Part shown: positions 9,545 to 19,265 of the stretch, piece by piece
Numbering within the stretch: the first letter of the stretch is position 1
How the letters are laid out: each line of letters begins with the position of its first letter
Origin: Thalassolituus maritimus
Lineage (GTDB): Bacteria > Pseudomonadota > Gammaproteobacteria > Pseudomonadales > Oceanobacteraceae
Length of the DNA: 32,000 nt
Reading direction: 5' to 3' (one strand)
NCBI RefSeq assembly: GCF_040372045.1
Contig: NZ_BAABWH010000008.1
Translations under genes and position numbers: made by a program
Notes under the pieces: generated by a model
Seen by the model: only the letters and a program-made list of their open reading frames with translations
Told to the model about the DNA's origin: nothing
Database searches by the model: none

Positions 9545-9560
9545 TGGCAAGGCGTTTGCA
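9545..9560 (+). promoter_or_regulatory. Sigma-54 promoter upstream of fliE
   Basis: TGGCAAGGCGTTTGCA: GG-N10-GC, near-consensus, 82 nt before the fliE ATG. Confidence 0.85.
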
Positions 9561-9641
9561 ACGTCAAAGAAAGCCCCAGAAAAATATCAAAAAAGTGTCA
9601 AAAAAAAGTTACCGGGGCCATTGCTGATAAGGGTGTGAATC

Positions 9642-10061
9642 ATGGTTGATCGTGTTGATGTAAGTTCCGTTCTGATGCAGATGCGACAGGTTAAAGACCA
9701 GTTGCGTTCTCAGAATGAAATGGCGACGCAGGGCGTGCGTCCAAACACGGAAATGGATGCCGTTTCACGTATTGCGCAGCAGGCCGAGCAGGTGTCGTCG
9801 GTGCCTGCAACTCAACAGGTCAGCGGTGACAATACTGTTCCCGATTTTCAGTCGATGTTTAAGAACGCGATTGATAACGTCAACGAGAACCAGAAAACTG
9901 CGGCGCAGTTAGCGACCCGGTTTGAACAGGGCGACCCATCGATTGACTTACCAGAAGTCATGATTGCGTTGCAAAAATCCAGTGTGTCTTTTCAGGCGAT
10001 GACTCAGGTTAGAAATAAGCTGGTCGAAGCCTATAAAGACATTATGAACATGCCTGTTTAA
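9642..10061 (+). CDS. fliE: Flagellar hook-basal body complex protein FliE
   Basis: [24 protein letters not shown]...[71 protein letters not shown], followed by fliF. Confidence 0.96.
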   Translation: MVDRVDVSSVLMQMRQVKDQLRSQNEMATQGVRPNTEMDAVSRIAQQAEQVSSVPATQQVSGDNTVPDFQSMFKNAIDNVNENQKTAAQLATRFEQGDPSIDLPEVMIALQKSSVSFQAMTQVRNKLVEAYKDIMNMPV

Positions 10062-10072
10062 TGGTCTGAATT

Positions 10073-11812
10073 ATGGAAAACGTTCCTGCACAGGCAGGCG
10101 CAGCCGCTGAGGGTGCACCTGCTTCTAACCCCGAAAATCAGACCGCGCCCGACAGCATATCCGGCGGTTCTGCGGCTGCTTCAGAGACAACCGGGCATCC
10201 GTTACTTGCTGGTTTCAGTGCATTACCAATGACTCGCCAGGTGATGGCGATTGGCGGTATTGCATTAGTCGTCGCGATTGGTATCGCGGTGATGATCTGG
10301 TCTGGTGAGCCTACGTACAAACCCCTTATTCACCGCATGCAGGATCACAATGCGCAGGATATTGTTGAAATCCTGAATCGCGAGAGCATTCCATTTCAGA
10401 TTGATCCCACCACCCAGGTATTGATGGTCGAAGCCGGTGATGTGCACGAGGCCCGTATGAAGCTCGCGGCGGCCAGCTTAATCGACGATAAAACGGTGGG
10501 CCTCGAAGTGCTCGAGCAGGACAGTGCGCTGGGCACCAGTCAGTTCATTGAGAATGCACGTTATCGCCGCGGACTTGAGGGTGAATTGGCGCGTACCATT
10601 GCCAGTGTTAAGTCAGTCCGCAATGCACGGGTGCATCTTGCTATTCCCCGTCAGTCTGTATTCGTCCGTGATCAGCGTAAGCCGCGGGCATCCGTATTTG
10701 TTGAACTTTATCCCGGTAGCAGCCTGAGTAAAGATCAGGTCGAGGCGGTCGTTAATCTGGTTGCGACCAGTGTCAGCGAGATGGATCGTTCAGACGTGTC
10801 CGTCGTCGACCAGCAGGGTAATCTGCTGTCAAAAATTGAAGACGATGCAGAAGAAATGTTGGCGGCTCGTCAGCTCGACTACCGTGAGAAGGTCGAGACC
10901 TCTATTTCTGATGCGGTAAATAATATTCTGAAACCCGTACTGGGGTCGGCCAATTATAAGGCTGAAGTCTCGGCGGATATTGATTTCACCGTTCGTGAAG
11001 AAAGCTCAGAATTATTTAACCCAGATCTGATTGCCTTGCGCAGTGAGCAGGTTATTGATGAGCAGAATTCGTCTGACCTTGGTGGAGGTATCCCCGGTGC
11101 GCTATCGAATCAGCCACCACCTGATGCCATTGCACCGGAAGAAGCCATTGGCGCAGGCGGTGCCGGTGCAGCTGGTGGCGCGGCAGGTAAACGTCGATCT
11201 GAAGCTACCCGAAATTACGAAGTAGACCGTACGTTGAGCTATCGCCAGCACTCGGTGGGTGATATTCGCCGTCTGACCGTCGCTGTCGTGGTCAATGACA
11301 AAGCAGTGTTGGATGCCGAGGGTAATACTGTGATGCAGCCATGGACTGTCGACGATCTGCAGCGTATCGAAACCTTGGTTAAAGATGCGGTCGGCTTTAA
11401 TGCGGCGCGTGGCGACAGTGTGAACGTCATTAATTCGCCATTTATGGGCGATGACTCGCAAACACTTGGTGAGCCGGATATCTGGACACAGCCTTGGTTC
11501 TGGGAACTGGTCAAACAAGTACTTGCTGGGTTGTTTGTTCTGATTCTGATCTTCGGTGTGATCCGTCCTACGATCAAAAGCATTACCAACAAAGGTCGTG
11601 AAGAAAGTGACTTACTGCTCGATGAACTTGAAGATGCCGAAGCAGGATTGGATGATGATAAGGTCACCCTGGCTGGTATGGATGAGTACCTGCTACCGGG
11701 TGCATCCGAAAGTTATGAGCGTCAACTCGATGCGTTGAAAGGTCTGATTGCGGAAGATCCAGCGCGTGTTGCTCAGGTGGTAATTCAGTGGGTGAATGAC
11801 GATGCCGGATAA
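10073..11812 (+). CDS. fliF: Flagellar M-ring protein FliF
   Basis: TM segment (VMAIGGIALVVAIGIAVMIWSGEPTYKPL), ARVHLAIPRQSVFVRDQRKPRASVFVELYPG, YEVDRTLSYRQHSVGDIRRLTVAVVVN, C-terminal TM and FliG-binding tail. Confidence 0.97.
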   Translation: MENVPAQAGAAAEGAPASNPENQTAPDSISGGSAAASETTGHPLLAGFSALPMTRQVMAIGGIALVVAIGIAVMIWSGEPTYKPLIHRMQDHNAQDIVEILNRESIPFQIDPTTQVLMVEAGDVHEARMKLAAASLIDDKTVGLEVLEQDSALGTSQFIENARYRRGLEGELARTIASVKSVRNARVHLAIPRQSVFVRDQRKPRASVFVELYPGSSLSKDQVEAVVNLVATSVSEMDRSDVSVVDQQGNLLSKIEDDAEEMLAARQLDYREKVETSISDAVNNILKPVLGSANYKAEVSADIDFTVREESSELFNPDLIALRSEQVIDEQNSSDLGGGIPGALSNQPPPDAIAPEEAIGAGGAGAAGGAAGKRRSEATRNYEVDRTLSYRQHSVGDIRRLTVAVVVNDKAVLDAEGNTVMQPWTVDDLQRIETLVKDAVGFNAARGDSVNVINSPFMGDDSQTLGEPDIWTQPWFWELVKQVLAGLFVLILIFGVIRPTIKSITNKGREESDLLLDELEDAEAGLDDDKVTLAGMDEYLLPGASESYERQLDALKGLIAEDPARVAQVVIQWVNDDAG

Positions 11813-12833
11813 TACAATGCCAGAGGCGGGCAACGCGCTCGCTAACCTCAGCAGAACAGAGCGCGCAGCTATTCTGTTAATGTCCCTCGGTGAGCAGGAT
11901 GCTGCAGAAATTCTGAAGCACATGGGCCCGAAAGAAGTGCAGCGTGTTGGCTCGGCTATGGCGACCTTGACCAGTGTTAATCAGGGCCAGGTCGAAGGCG
12001 TTGTTTCTGAATTCCTTGACGCGGTAAGTGGCCAGACAGGCATGGGCCTTGGGGCGGACGACTACATCCGAAACATGCTGACTCAGGCACTGGGCCAGGA
12101 TAAAGCTGGTGCACTGATTGATCGGATTCTGCTGGGTGGTAACACTACTGGACTGGACTCGCTGAAATGGATGGAGCCGCGTCAGGTTGCAGACCTGATT
12201 CGTCATGAACATCCACAGATTCAGGCGATTGTTGTGTCATATCTGGATGCCGATCAGTCAGCCGAGGTTCTGTCTCTGTTTGATGAGAAAGTCGTGCTCG
12301 ACATCATCATGCGCGTGGCGTCATTGGAGGCGGTACAGCCTGCGGCGCTGCAAGAACTGAATGACATTCTCGAACGTCAATTCTCTGGCAAGGCCGGGAC
12401 TCAGACAACCACAATGGGTGGTATCAAATGCGCTGCCAGCATCGTTAACTTCGTTGACAGTACGATCGCTTCTGAGCTGCTCGAGCAGATCAAAGAAGTC
12501 GACGAAGACCTCGGTACGCAAATCGAAGATCTTATGTTCGTATTCGACAATCTGGTGGACGTCGACGATCGTGGTATTCAGGCGCTGTTGCGGGAAGTAT
12601 CAACCGACCTGTTGGTATTGGCTCTCAAGGGTGCCGATCCGGGTGTTCAGGAAAAGATCTTCAAGAATATGTCGAAACGTGCGGCCGAATTGCTGCGTGA
12701 TGATCTGGATGCCAAAGGTCCGGTCAAACTCAGCGATGTGGAAGGCGCACAGAAAGAGATTCTTACCATTGCACGCCGTCTGGCCGATGCGGGTGAAATC
12801 ATGCTCGGTGGTGGCGGTGAGGCCATGGTTTAA
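11796..12833 (+). CDS. fliG: Flagellar motor switch protein FliG
   Basis: LSRTERAAILLMSLGEQDAAEILKHMGPKEVQRVGSAM, EHPQIQAIVVSYLD, EDLMFVFDNLVDVDDRGIQALLREV. Overlaps the fliF 3' end; alternative starts at 11802 and 11817. Confidence 0.97.
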   Translation: MTMPDNTMPEAGNALANLSRTERAAILLMSLGEQDAAEILKHMGPKEVQRVGSAMATLTSVNQGQVEGVVSEFLDAVSGQTGMGLGADDYIRNMLTQALGQDKAGALIDRILLGGNTTGLDSLKWMEPRQVADLIRHEHPQIQAIVVSYLDADQSAEVLSLFDEKVVLDIIMRVASLEAVQPAALQELNDILERQFSGKAGTQTTTMGGIKCAASIVNFVDSTIASELLEQIKEVDEDLGTQIEDLMFVFDNLVDVDDRGIQALLREVSTDLLVLALKGADPGVQEKIFKNMSKRAAELLRDDLDAKGPVKLSDVEGAQKEILTIARRLADAGEIMLGGGGEAMV

Positions 12834-12848
12834 GGGGTGTAGTAACGC

Positions 12849-13931
12849 ATGGCAGAAACCCGGCGTGATGCGCCCATACCTGCAGAAAGTGCCGAAGAGG
12901 CGCGCCCTTGGCGATTGCCTTTCTGGACTGAGCCGCCTGTTCACGCCGTTGAGCGCGAAAAAGAAGAATCGGCAGAGACTGATAACGACGCCGAGGAAGC
13001 GGAAACCGACGCGGCGAAACCCGACTATCCTACGGCAGACGAGCTTGAGACCATTCGCCGGGAGGCTTACAACGACGGTCTGGAGCAGGGCCGTATAGAA
13101 GGCAGGCAGCAAGGGCACAAGGAAGGCTATGAGGCAGGATTTGCCGAAGGCCGCGAAGCCGGGCATCAGGAAGGTTTTTCTTCGGGGCAGAAAGAAGGCG
13201 CAACGGCCGGTTTCCAGGAAGGTAAGGCACAGGGCAGTCAGGAAGCGGCAGAAGAAGCTCAGCGTTTACGCCAGCTTGTGGCTACATTGCAGGGCTCTTT
13301 GCGAGAGCGGGATGCGCAGTTGCCTGAAGTTATGGTCATGTTGCTGACGCGGCTTGCCGAGCAGGTACTGGAGCAGGAACTCAACACAGGTGCTGACAAT
13401 ATTACGCGCTACGTCGATGCAGCGATTGATGCGCTTCCTGATGGTGAAATACTGGCGAAAGTATATGTGTCACCGGCGGACGCCGATTTGCTGACAGCCC
13501 ACAAAGCGGCGCGCATGATTGAGACCGACAATGCTCTGAACGCGGGTGAGTGTCGGATCGAAAGTGAGAACAGCCTTGTAGAATATTCCGTCAGCGACAG
13601 TCTACAGCAGCATCTGATGTCATTGGCGGGTACTCTTCTGACCACCGCAGATGGCTATCCATCTGACGATATCGACGAAAATACTCTGTTGGAGAGTGAG
13701 CCAGAAACTGACGTCGACGAAGAGACAACGGCCCCCCGTGCTTCCGATTCGTCCCCAGCTCATCACGATACTCAGGTAGATTCTTCCTCAGACTCAATAA
13801 CAGAGCCAACAACAGAATCAACAATAGATTCCGAAGCTGATTCAGCAGCAGTTATGACCGATAAATCTTCATCTTCCGACCAGAAACAAGATCAGGAACA
13901 GAACGATGACCCTGAGCAGCCGCTGGCGTAA
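12849..13931 (+). CDS. fliH: Flagellar assembly protein FliH with long acidic C-terminal tail
   Basis: Position between fliG and fliI. Central GxxxG-rich helix ([41 protein letters not shown]) and a FliH-like core ([37 protein letters not shown]). Acidic Ser/Asp/Glu-rich tail after about residue 265. Confidence 0.9.
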   Translation: MAETRRDAPIPAESAEEARPWRLPFWTEPPVHAVEREKEESAETDNDAEEAETDAAKPDYPTADELETIRREAYNDGLEQGRIEGRQQGHKEGYEAGFAEGREAGHQEGFSSGQKEGATAGFQEGKAQGSQEAAEEAQRLRQLVATLQGSLRERDAQLPEVMVMLLTRLAEQVLEQELNTGADNITRYVDAAIDALPDGEILAKVYVSPADADLLTAHKAARMIETDNALNAGECRIESENSLVEYSVSDSLQQHLMSLAGTLLTTADGYPSDDIDENTLLESEPETDVDEETTAPRASDSSPAHHDTQVDSSSDSITEPTTESTIDSEADSAAVMTDKSSSSDQKQDQEQNDDPEQPLA

Positions 13932-15231
13932 CGTCGCTCCCGAAGCGGTTTACCGTCCACGTACGTCTGGACGGCTTGTTCGTATGGTCGGGCTGACCCT
14001 TGAGGCAATCGGAATCGACGTGAAAACCGGCGATCGTTGCCGGGTTGAACGGCCGGGTGGCGGTGATGTCGAAGCCGAAGTTGTGGGCTTTGATGGCCAG
14101 CGTATCTTCCTGATGCCCATCGAGCAGGTAGACGGACTGCGTCCGGGGGCGCGGGTGTGGCCACTGCAGGGCAGTGCCGATGTGCCTGTTGGCTTTTCTC
14201 TGTTAGGTCGTGTGGTTGACGGTGCCGGAAGGCCACTGGACCTGGACGGCCCCCTCCTCAATACCGAATCCGGTAACCTCAACGGACGTTACATTAATCC
14301 GCTGCATCGGGCGCCCATCCGCGATACCTTGGATGTCGGGATACGTGCGATTAACTCCATGCTGACAGTAGGGCGCGGCCAACGTATCGGCCTGTTTGCT
14401 GGTTCTGGCGTCGGTAAGAGTGTCCTGCTGGGCATGATGACGCGCTTCACTACGGCCGACGTAGTGGTAGTGGGTCTGATTGGCGAACGTGGACGTGAGG
14501 TAAAGGAATTTATCGACGAAATTCTCGGTCCGGAGGGGCTAAAGCGTGCAGTTGTTATCGCTTCCCCCGCGGATGACTCTCCATTAATGCGTTTACGCGC
14601 AGCCATGTACACCACAGCCGTGGCCGAATTTTTCCGGGATCAGGGACTGAATGTTCTGATGCTGATGGATTCCCTGACACGTTATGCGCAAGCACAGCGT
14701 GAAATTGCACTGGCGGTGGGTGAGCCACCTGCTACGAAGGGATATCCGCCTTCTGTGTTTAATAAACTGCCGAAACTGGTGGAACGAACGGGTAACGGAC
14801 AGCAAGGTGGCGGATCAATCACCGCCTTCTACACAGTGCTCAGTGAGGGGGATGACATGCAGGACCCGATTGCCGATGCCAGTCGGGCTATTCTGGACGG
14901 TCACGTTGTACTGTCACGTAAGCTCGCCGAAGAAGGGCATTATCCGGCTATTGATGTAGAGGCTTCTGTCAGCCGGGTCATGCCTCAAGTAGTCGACGAA
15001 GGCTGGCTGCAACAGGCTCAATTGTGTCGCCGTCTAATGGCGCATTATCGTCAGAACCAGGATCTCGTGGCCGTTGGGGCCTATCAGGCCGGAACCGATC
15101 AGGTACTCGATGTGGCGATTGATCGTATGCCGAGAATCAAAGCCATGCTCCGACAAGGACTTACTGAAGGTTCGGATATCGATACCAGCCGTAAAGCCCT
15201 TAATGACTTGTTCCCGGGAGCTGAAGGGTGA
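13906..15231 (+). CDS. fliI: Flagellum-specific ATPase FliI
   Basis: [21 protein letters not shown] (Walker A), [35 protein letters not shown] (Walker B). Overlaps the fliH end by 26 nt. Confidence 0.97.
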   Translation: MTLSSRWRNVAPEAVYRPRTSGRLVRMVGLTLEAIGIDVKTGDRCRVERPGGGDVEAEVVGFDGQRIFLMPIEQVDGLRPGARVWPLQGSADVPVGFSLLGRVVDGAGRPLDLDGPLLNTESGNLNGRYINPLHRAPIRDTLDVGIRAINSMLTVGRGQRIGLFAGSGVGKSVLLGMMTRFTTADVVVVGLIGERGREVKEFIDEILGPEGLKRAVVIASPADDSPLMRLRAAMYTTAVAEFFRDQGLNVLMLMDSLTRYAQAQREIALAVGEPPATKGYPPSVFNKLPKLVERTGNGQQGGGSITAFYTVLSEGDDMQDPIADASRAILDGHVVLSRKLAEEGHYPAIDVEASVSRVMPQVVDEGWLQQAQLCRRLMAHYRQNQDLVAVGAYQAGTDQVLDVAIDRMPRIKAMLRQGLTEGSDIDTSRKALNDLFPGAEG

Positions 15232-15668
15232 CCTACCGTCATCCCCGTGCGCAACGTCTGGCCGTCGTTCTGGATATTCGTCGGCGCGAAGAGAAGGAGG
15301 CGTTGCAGCGTTGGGGGGACATTGAAAAACGCCTCACTGCTGAAAAAGATAAGCGAACTCAGCTGAGCGATTACGCATCGGAATATCGTCGCCAGATTAC
15401 CGCACCTACTTCGGCAAGTGTCGCAGCAGGGCAGGTCCATAACTCTCTCGAGTTTATCGGGCAGATAGAAACCGCGCTCCATCAGCAGGACCAGCAGCTT
15501 CAGGAATTGCAGGCGATGAGTGATAAAGCCCGCGCCGTTTATCTGGATGTGCACCATAAAGCCGATGCACTGGAAAGCATGATTGAGAAGCTGGAGGAAG
15601 AGCATCGACACATGCTGAATCGTGCGGAGCAAAGAGAGGCTGACGAGTGGGCTACCCGCCGACGTTGA
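15228..15668 (+). CDS. fliJ: Flagellar export protein FliJ
   Basis: 146 aa coiled-coil protein directly after fliI, overlapping its 3' end by 4 nt; [25 protein letters not shown] typical. Confidence 0.88.
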   Translation: MTYRHPRAQRLAVVLDIRRREEKEALQRWGDIEKRLTAEKDKRTQLSDYASEYRRQITAPTSASVAAGQVHNSLEFIGQIETALHQQDQQLQELQAMSDKARAVYLDVHHKADALESMIEKLEEEHRHMLNRAEQREADEWATRRR

Positions 15669-15915
15669 TATCTGGCACTTGCTTCTGACGTTAATTCTTA
15701 AATCTTTTACGCCTGACTGAATATTATTACCTGACTTTTGTTTCAACTTTGCCCTGAAACCGGCAATTGACGGCGCTGTTTGCCATTAAATCTCTCTTCT
15801 GGCATCACTGACCAGTCTCTCGGCGACGGCCGACATTAAAAAATTTCCCTCTTTGTGTGGCAGCCCACAGATTGCCTACTAATCTTAAGGTCATAACCCT
15901 GACCGGAAGACAGTA

Positions 15916-16197
15916 ATGAGTGACTCCAACCCCGTTTCCTGCGGTAACCGCCTGAGTATTGATCAGGCTGAAGCCCTGTATGAAAAGTTTGAAGCAGCGG
16001 TGTTAGGAGGCGGTGACGTGGTATTAGACGCCAGTGAGGTGCAGTACTCAGACACCGCAGGATATCAGCTGATTATCAGTCTGAAGAAAACACTCGCCAC
16101 AACGGGTAATACCATCAAGTGGCATGCGGTCTCCGACAATATTCGAGAAATAACCGGCTATTTAGGCCTCAAGCAGGCGATTGACCTGCCAGATTAA
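15916..16197 (+). CDS. STAS-domain protein (anti-sigma-factor-antagonist-like / chemotaxis-associated)
   Basis: 93 aa with DVVLDASEVQYSDTAGYQLIISLKKTL, STAS-type core with D-T-A-G at the usual phosphoacceptor loop. Confidence 0.8.
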   Translation: MSDSNPVSCGNRLSIDQAEALYEKFEAAVLGGGDVVLDASEVQYSDTAGYQLIISLKKTLATTGNTIKWHAVSDNIREITGYLGLKQAIDLPD

Positions 16198-16226
16198 TTA
16201 TTCGTTCACACAGCGGGAGAACTCCT

Positions 16227-16589
16227 ATGACGAGTATTTTAGCAGTCGATGATTCGGCATCTATGCGCCAGATGGTCAGCTTTACGCTGAAAGGTGCGGG
16301 TTTTGATGTGCGCGAAGCCACCGACGGGGTCGAAGCACTCGAAATCGCCAAAACCGAGAGCTTCGATCTGGTTTTAACCGACGTGAATATGCCAAACATG
16401 AATGGCATTGAGTTGGTTAAGAATTTGCGCCAGCTCGACCCTTATAAGTTCACCCCCATGTTGATGCTGACCACAGAATCAGCGGGTGACATGAAAATGC
16501 AGGGCAAGCAAGCCGGCGCAACAGGTTGGATCGTTAAACCGTTCAACCCTGATCAACTACTGAGCACAATCAAACGCGTTTTAGGATAA
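16227..16589 (+). CDS. cheY: Chemotaxis response regulator CheY
   Basis: Single REC domain: ILAVDDSASMRQMVSFTLKGAGF...DLVLTDVNMPNMNGIEL...MLTTES...GWIVKPFNPDQLL; directly upstream of cheA. Confidence 0.92.
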   Translation: MTSILAVDDSASMRQMVSFTLKGAGFDVREATDGVEALEIAKTESFDLVLTDVNMPNMNGIELVKNLRQLDPYKFTPMLMLTTESAGDMKMQGKQAGATGWIVKPFNPDQLLSTIKRVLG

Positions 16590-16593
16590 GCGA

Positions 16594-18690
16594 ATGAGTG
16601 TCGATCTGTCGCAATTCCATCAGGTCTTTTTCGAGGAAAGCTTCGAAGGCCTGGATGTCATGGAAAGTGAACTCCTTGATATGGACCCGTCCGACGTTGA
16701 TGACGAAACCGTCAACAACATTTTCCGGGCGGCGCACTCTATCAAGGGGGGCGCGGGAACCTTCGGCTTTATGCCGGTTTCTGAATTTACTCACGTCGTC
16801 GAAACATTGCTGGACGAAATACGGGCCGGGAAACGTTCTATGGAGCCCCGCTACGTTGATCTGTTCCTGCAATCGGTCGACTGTCTGCGCGGCATGCTGT
16901 CGGATATGCAGGACGGGAATGAGCCAGAGACTGAGCGTCCAGCTGAATTGCGTACAGAGTTTGAAACGATTCTGGGTATGGCTCAGGAAGAACAACCCGC
17001 CGAAGGTGCTTCTGCGGGTGGACAGGATGCCGGCTGGATTATCGATGTGAAGCCGCATACCGACTTGCTGATGACAGGAAACGAACCATTTCGCATGTTT
17101 CGTGAACTGCAGGAGCTGGTTGGCGAGGGTAACCTCGAGGTCCTTGCTAACACGGATGACATTCCAGAGCTGACTAGTCTCAATCCGGAAGATTGCACCA
17201 TTCATTGGCGTTTGACCGTGACTGCGGCAACTCCGGTCGAAGAGATAAAAGCGATTTTTGAGTGGGTTGAAGACGAGTGCGATCTGACTTACACACCGCT
17301 AGCCGGAGATAGTGCAAATGCTGAAGTTGCCGCTTCATCTGGTGACACTGCTCTAGTGGCCCCAGTGGCTGATGCAGGCGCAGCTGATTCTGCAGCGCCA
17401 GCGGCCGCAGCAGTGCAGCCTGAAGCAGGCTCTGCTGATAAGCCAGTGAAAGCTGCGAAAGCACCGAAAGCCAGTAAGAAAACAGCCGAAAGCTCATCCA
17501 TTCGTGTGTCGATTGATAAGGTCGACAGCCTGATTAACATGGTGGGTGAGCTCGTGATTACTCAGTCTATGCTGGGTCAGCTTGGCCAAGATTTTGATCT
17601 GAGTCGTCTGGCGAAACTGCAGGAAGGCCTGTCACAACTGGAGCAAAATACGCGTGAGCTTCAGGAAAGTGTCATGAAAATTCGTATGATGCCAATCAGC
17701 TTTGCGTTCAGTCGTTTCCCTCGCCTTGTTCGTGATTTAGGTGGCCAACTAGGTAAAAAAGTTCTGTTGGAAACCATTGGTGAGCAGACGGAACTTGATA
17801 AAACGGTCATGGAAAAAATCAATGATCCTCTGGTGCACCTGGTGCGTAACTCGATGGATCATGGCCTTGAAACAACGGAAGACCGCATTGCCGCAGGAAA
17901 ATCCGAAGAAGGCACCATCACTCTGAATGCGTACCACCAGGGCGGTAATATCGTTATCGAGGTCGCCGATGATGGCGCGGGCCTGAACGAAGACCGAATC
18001 CTGAAAAAAGCGATTGAAAAAGGTCTCGTACCAGAGAATAACTCACTCACACCCGAAGAAATTCATAACCTTATTTTCCTACCTGGGTTTTCAACTGCAG
18101 AAGCTGTCAGTGATATTTCTGGTCGTGGTGTCGGCATGGATGTCGTGCGTCGCAATATTCAGGCGCTGAATGGCAGTATCGAGGTGAAGTCGCAGCGAGG
18201 CGTAGGCTCAACCTTTATCATTCGCTTGCCTCTGACATTGGCTATCCTGGACGGTCAATTAGTCCGCGTCTGTGAAGAGACTTACATCTTCCCGCTGGTG
18301 TCTATCGTCGAGTCCATTCAGATCCATCGCTCATCGTTGAATCACGTCACCGGCAGTCAATACGTGATGCAATTACGTGATGAATACATTCCTATCGTTC
18401 GCCTTGATGAAATTTTTGGCCTCCGTGATGCATCGGATACCGTTGACGAAATGATGCTGGTGGTGGTTGAAGGTGATAACGAGAAAATCGGCATTGTTGT
18501 TGATGATCTGTTAGGACAGCAGCAGGTTGTTATCAAAAGCCTTGAGCAGAATTACCAGAAAGTGTCGGGTATATCCGGCGCGACTATTCTTGGGGACGGA
18601 ACCGTTGCCCTCATCATTGATATCTCCAGTATCGGAAAGAACATTGTGCCTGTGAAGCGTAAACAACCGCGTTCAGAGAAGGCAGCGTGA
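16594..18690 (+). CDS. cheA: Chemotaxis histidine kinase CheA
   Basis: 698 aa: HPt AAHSIKGGAGTFG; dimerisation/HATPase SIRVSIDKVDSLINMVGELVITQSML...DPLVHLVRNSMDHGLE...GRGVGMDVVRRNI; C-terminal CheW-like domain. Confidence 0.97.
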   Translation: MSVDLSQFHQVFFEESFEGLDVMESELLDMDPSDVDDETVNNIFRAAHSIKGGAGTFGFMPVSEFTHVVETLLDEIRAGKRSMEPRYVDLFLQSVDCLRGMLSDMQDGNEPETERPAELRTEFETILGMAQEEQPAEGASAGGQDAGWIIDVKPHTDLLMTGNEPFRMFRELQELVGEGNLEVLANTDDIPELTSLNPEDCTIHWRLTVTAATPVEEIKAIFEWVEDECDLTYTPLAGDSANAEVAASSGDTALVAPVADAGAADSAAPAAAAVQPEAGSADKPVKAAKAPKASKKTAESSSIRVSIDKVDSLINMVGELVITQSMLGQLGQDFDLSRLAKLQEGLSQLEQNTRELQESVMKIRMMPISFAFSRFPRLVRDLGGQLGKKVLLETIGEQTELDKTVMEKINDPLVHLVRNSMDHGLETTEDRIAAGKSEEGTITLNAYHQGGNIVIEVADDGAGLNEDRILKKAIEKGLVPENNSLTPEEIHNLIFLPGFSTAEAVSDISGRGVGMDVVRRNIQALNGSIEVKSQRGVGSTFIIRLPLTLAILDGQLVRVCEETYIFPLVSIVESIQIHRSSLNHVTGSQYVMQLRDEYIPIVRLDEIFGLRDASDTVDEMMLVVVEGDNEKIGIVVDDLLGQQQVVIKSLEQNYQKVSGISGATILGDGTVALIIDISSIGKNIVPVKRKQPRSEKAA

Positions 18691-19220
18691 GGCCAGAAAT
18701 GGAAGAAATGAACAAAGACATCATCCTGCCCGAATCCGAAGTGGGCGATGAGCAGCAGTACCTGACATTCATCATGTCGGGAGAGGAGTACGGGGTCGAT
18801 ATTCTTGCGGTGCAGGAAATTCGCGGATGGGAAGAACCAACCCTTATTCCGAATGCTCCGTCCTATATTCGCGGCGTTATAAACCTACGCGGCACCATTG
18901 TTCCGATTATGGATCTGCGTCTGCGATTTGGGTTGAGCGAAGCGGATTACACAGCGACGACAGTTGTCATCATTTTAAAGTTCGATAGCGATAACGGCGA
19001 GCGAGTGATGGGCATCGTGGTGGACGCGGTATCAGACGTTTACACGATCGCCGACGAAGAGACGCGCCGACCACCAGAGCTGACTGAGGATGATAACTCT
19101 GACTTCATCAAGGGGCTGGTCAACGTAAACGAGAAGATGGTGATCCTACTCGACGTCGCGGAACTCCTAATGCTGAGGATGGAAATGTCCGACGCAAATT
19201 ATTCAGTTGATAAAGATTAA
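18687..19220 (+). CDS. cheW: Chemotaxis coupling protein CheW
   Basis: QQYLTFIMSGEEYGVDILAVQEIRGWEEPTLIPNAPSYIRGVINLRGTIVPIMDLRLRFGL. The GTG at 18687 overlaps cheA; ATGs at 18699 or 18708 are possible true starts. Confidence 0.95.
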   Translation: MRPEMEEMNKDIILPESEVGDEQQYLTFIMSGEEYGVDILAVQEIRGWEEPTLIPNAPSYIRGVINLRGTIVPIMDLRLRFGLSEADYTATTVVIILKFDSDNGERVMGIVVDAVSDVYTIADEETRRPPELTEDDNSDFIKGLVNVNEKMVILLDVAELLMLRMEMSDANYSVDKD

Positions 19221-19265
19221 TGACCGAAAGGTAATTGCCTGATAAGAAGGTACAGGAAGGTAACT

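Noticed and set aside
15099-15746. 215 aa minus-strand ORF
   Set aside because: Antisense to the fliI 3' end and fliJ. No family motif; coding-strand shadow.
16570-17205. 211 aa minus-strand ORF
   Set aside because: Antisense to the cheA HPt region; shadow ORF.
19200-19260. Possible sigma-28 site before the chemoreceptor gene (TAAT-N15-GCCTGATAA)
   Set aside because: The -10 half carries an extra base relative to GCCGATAA and the -35 half is poor. Likely chance.
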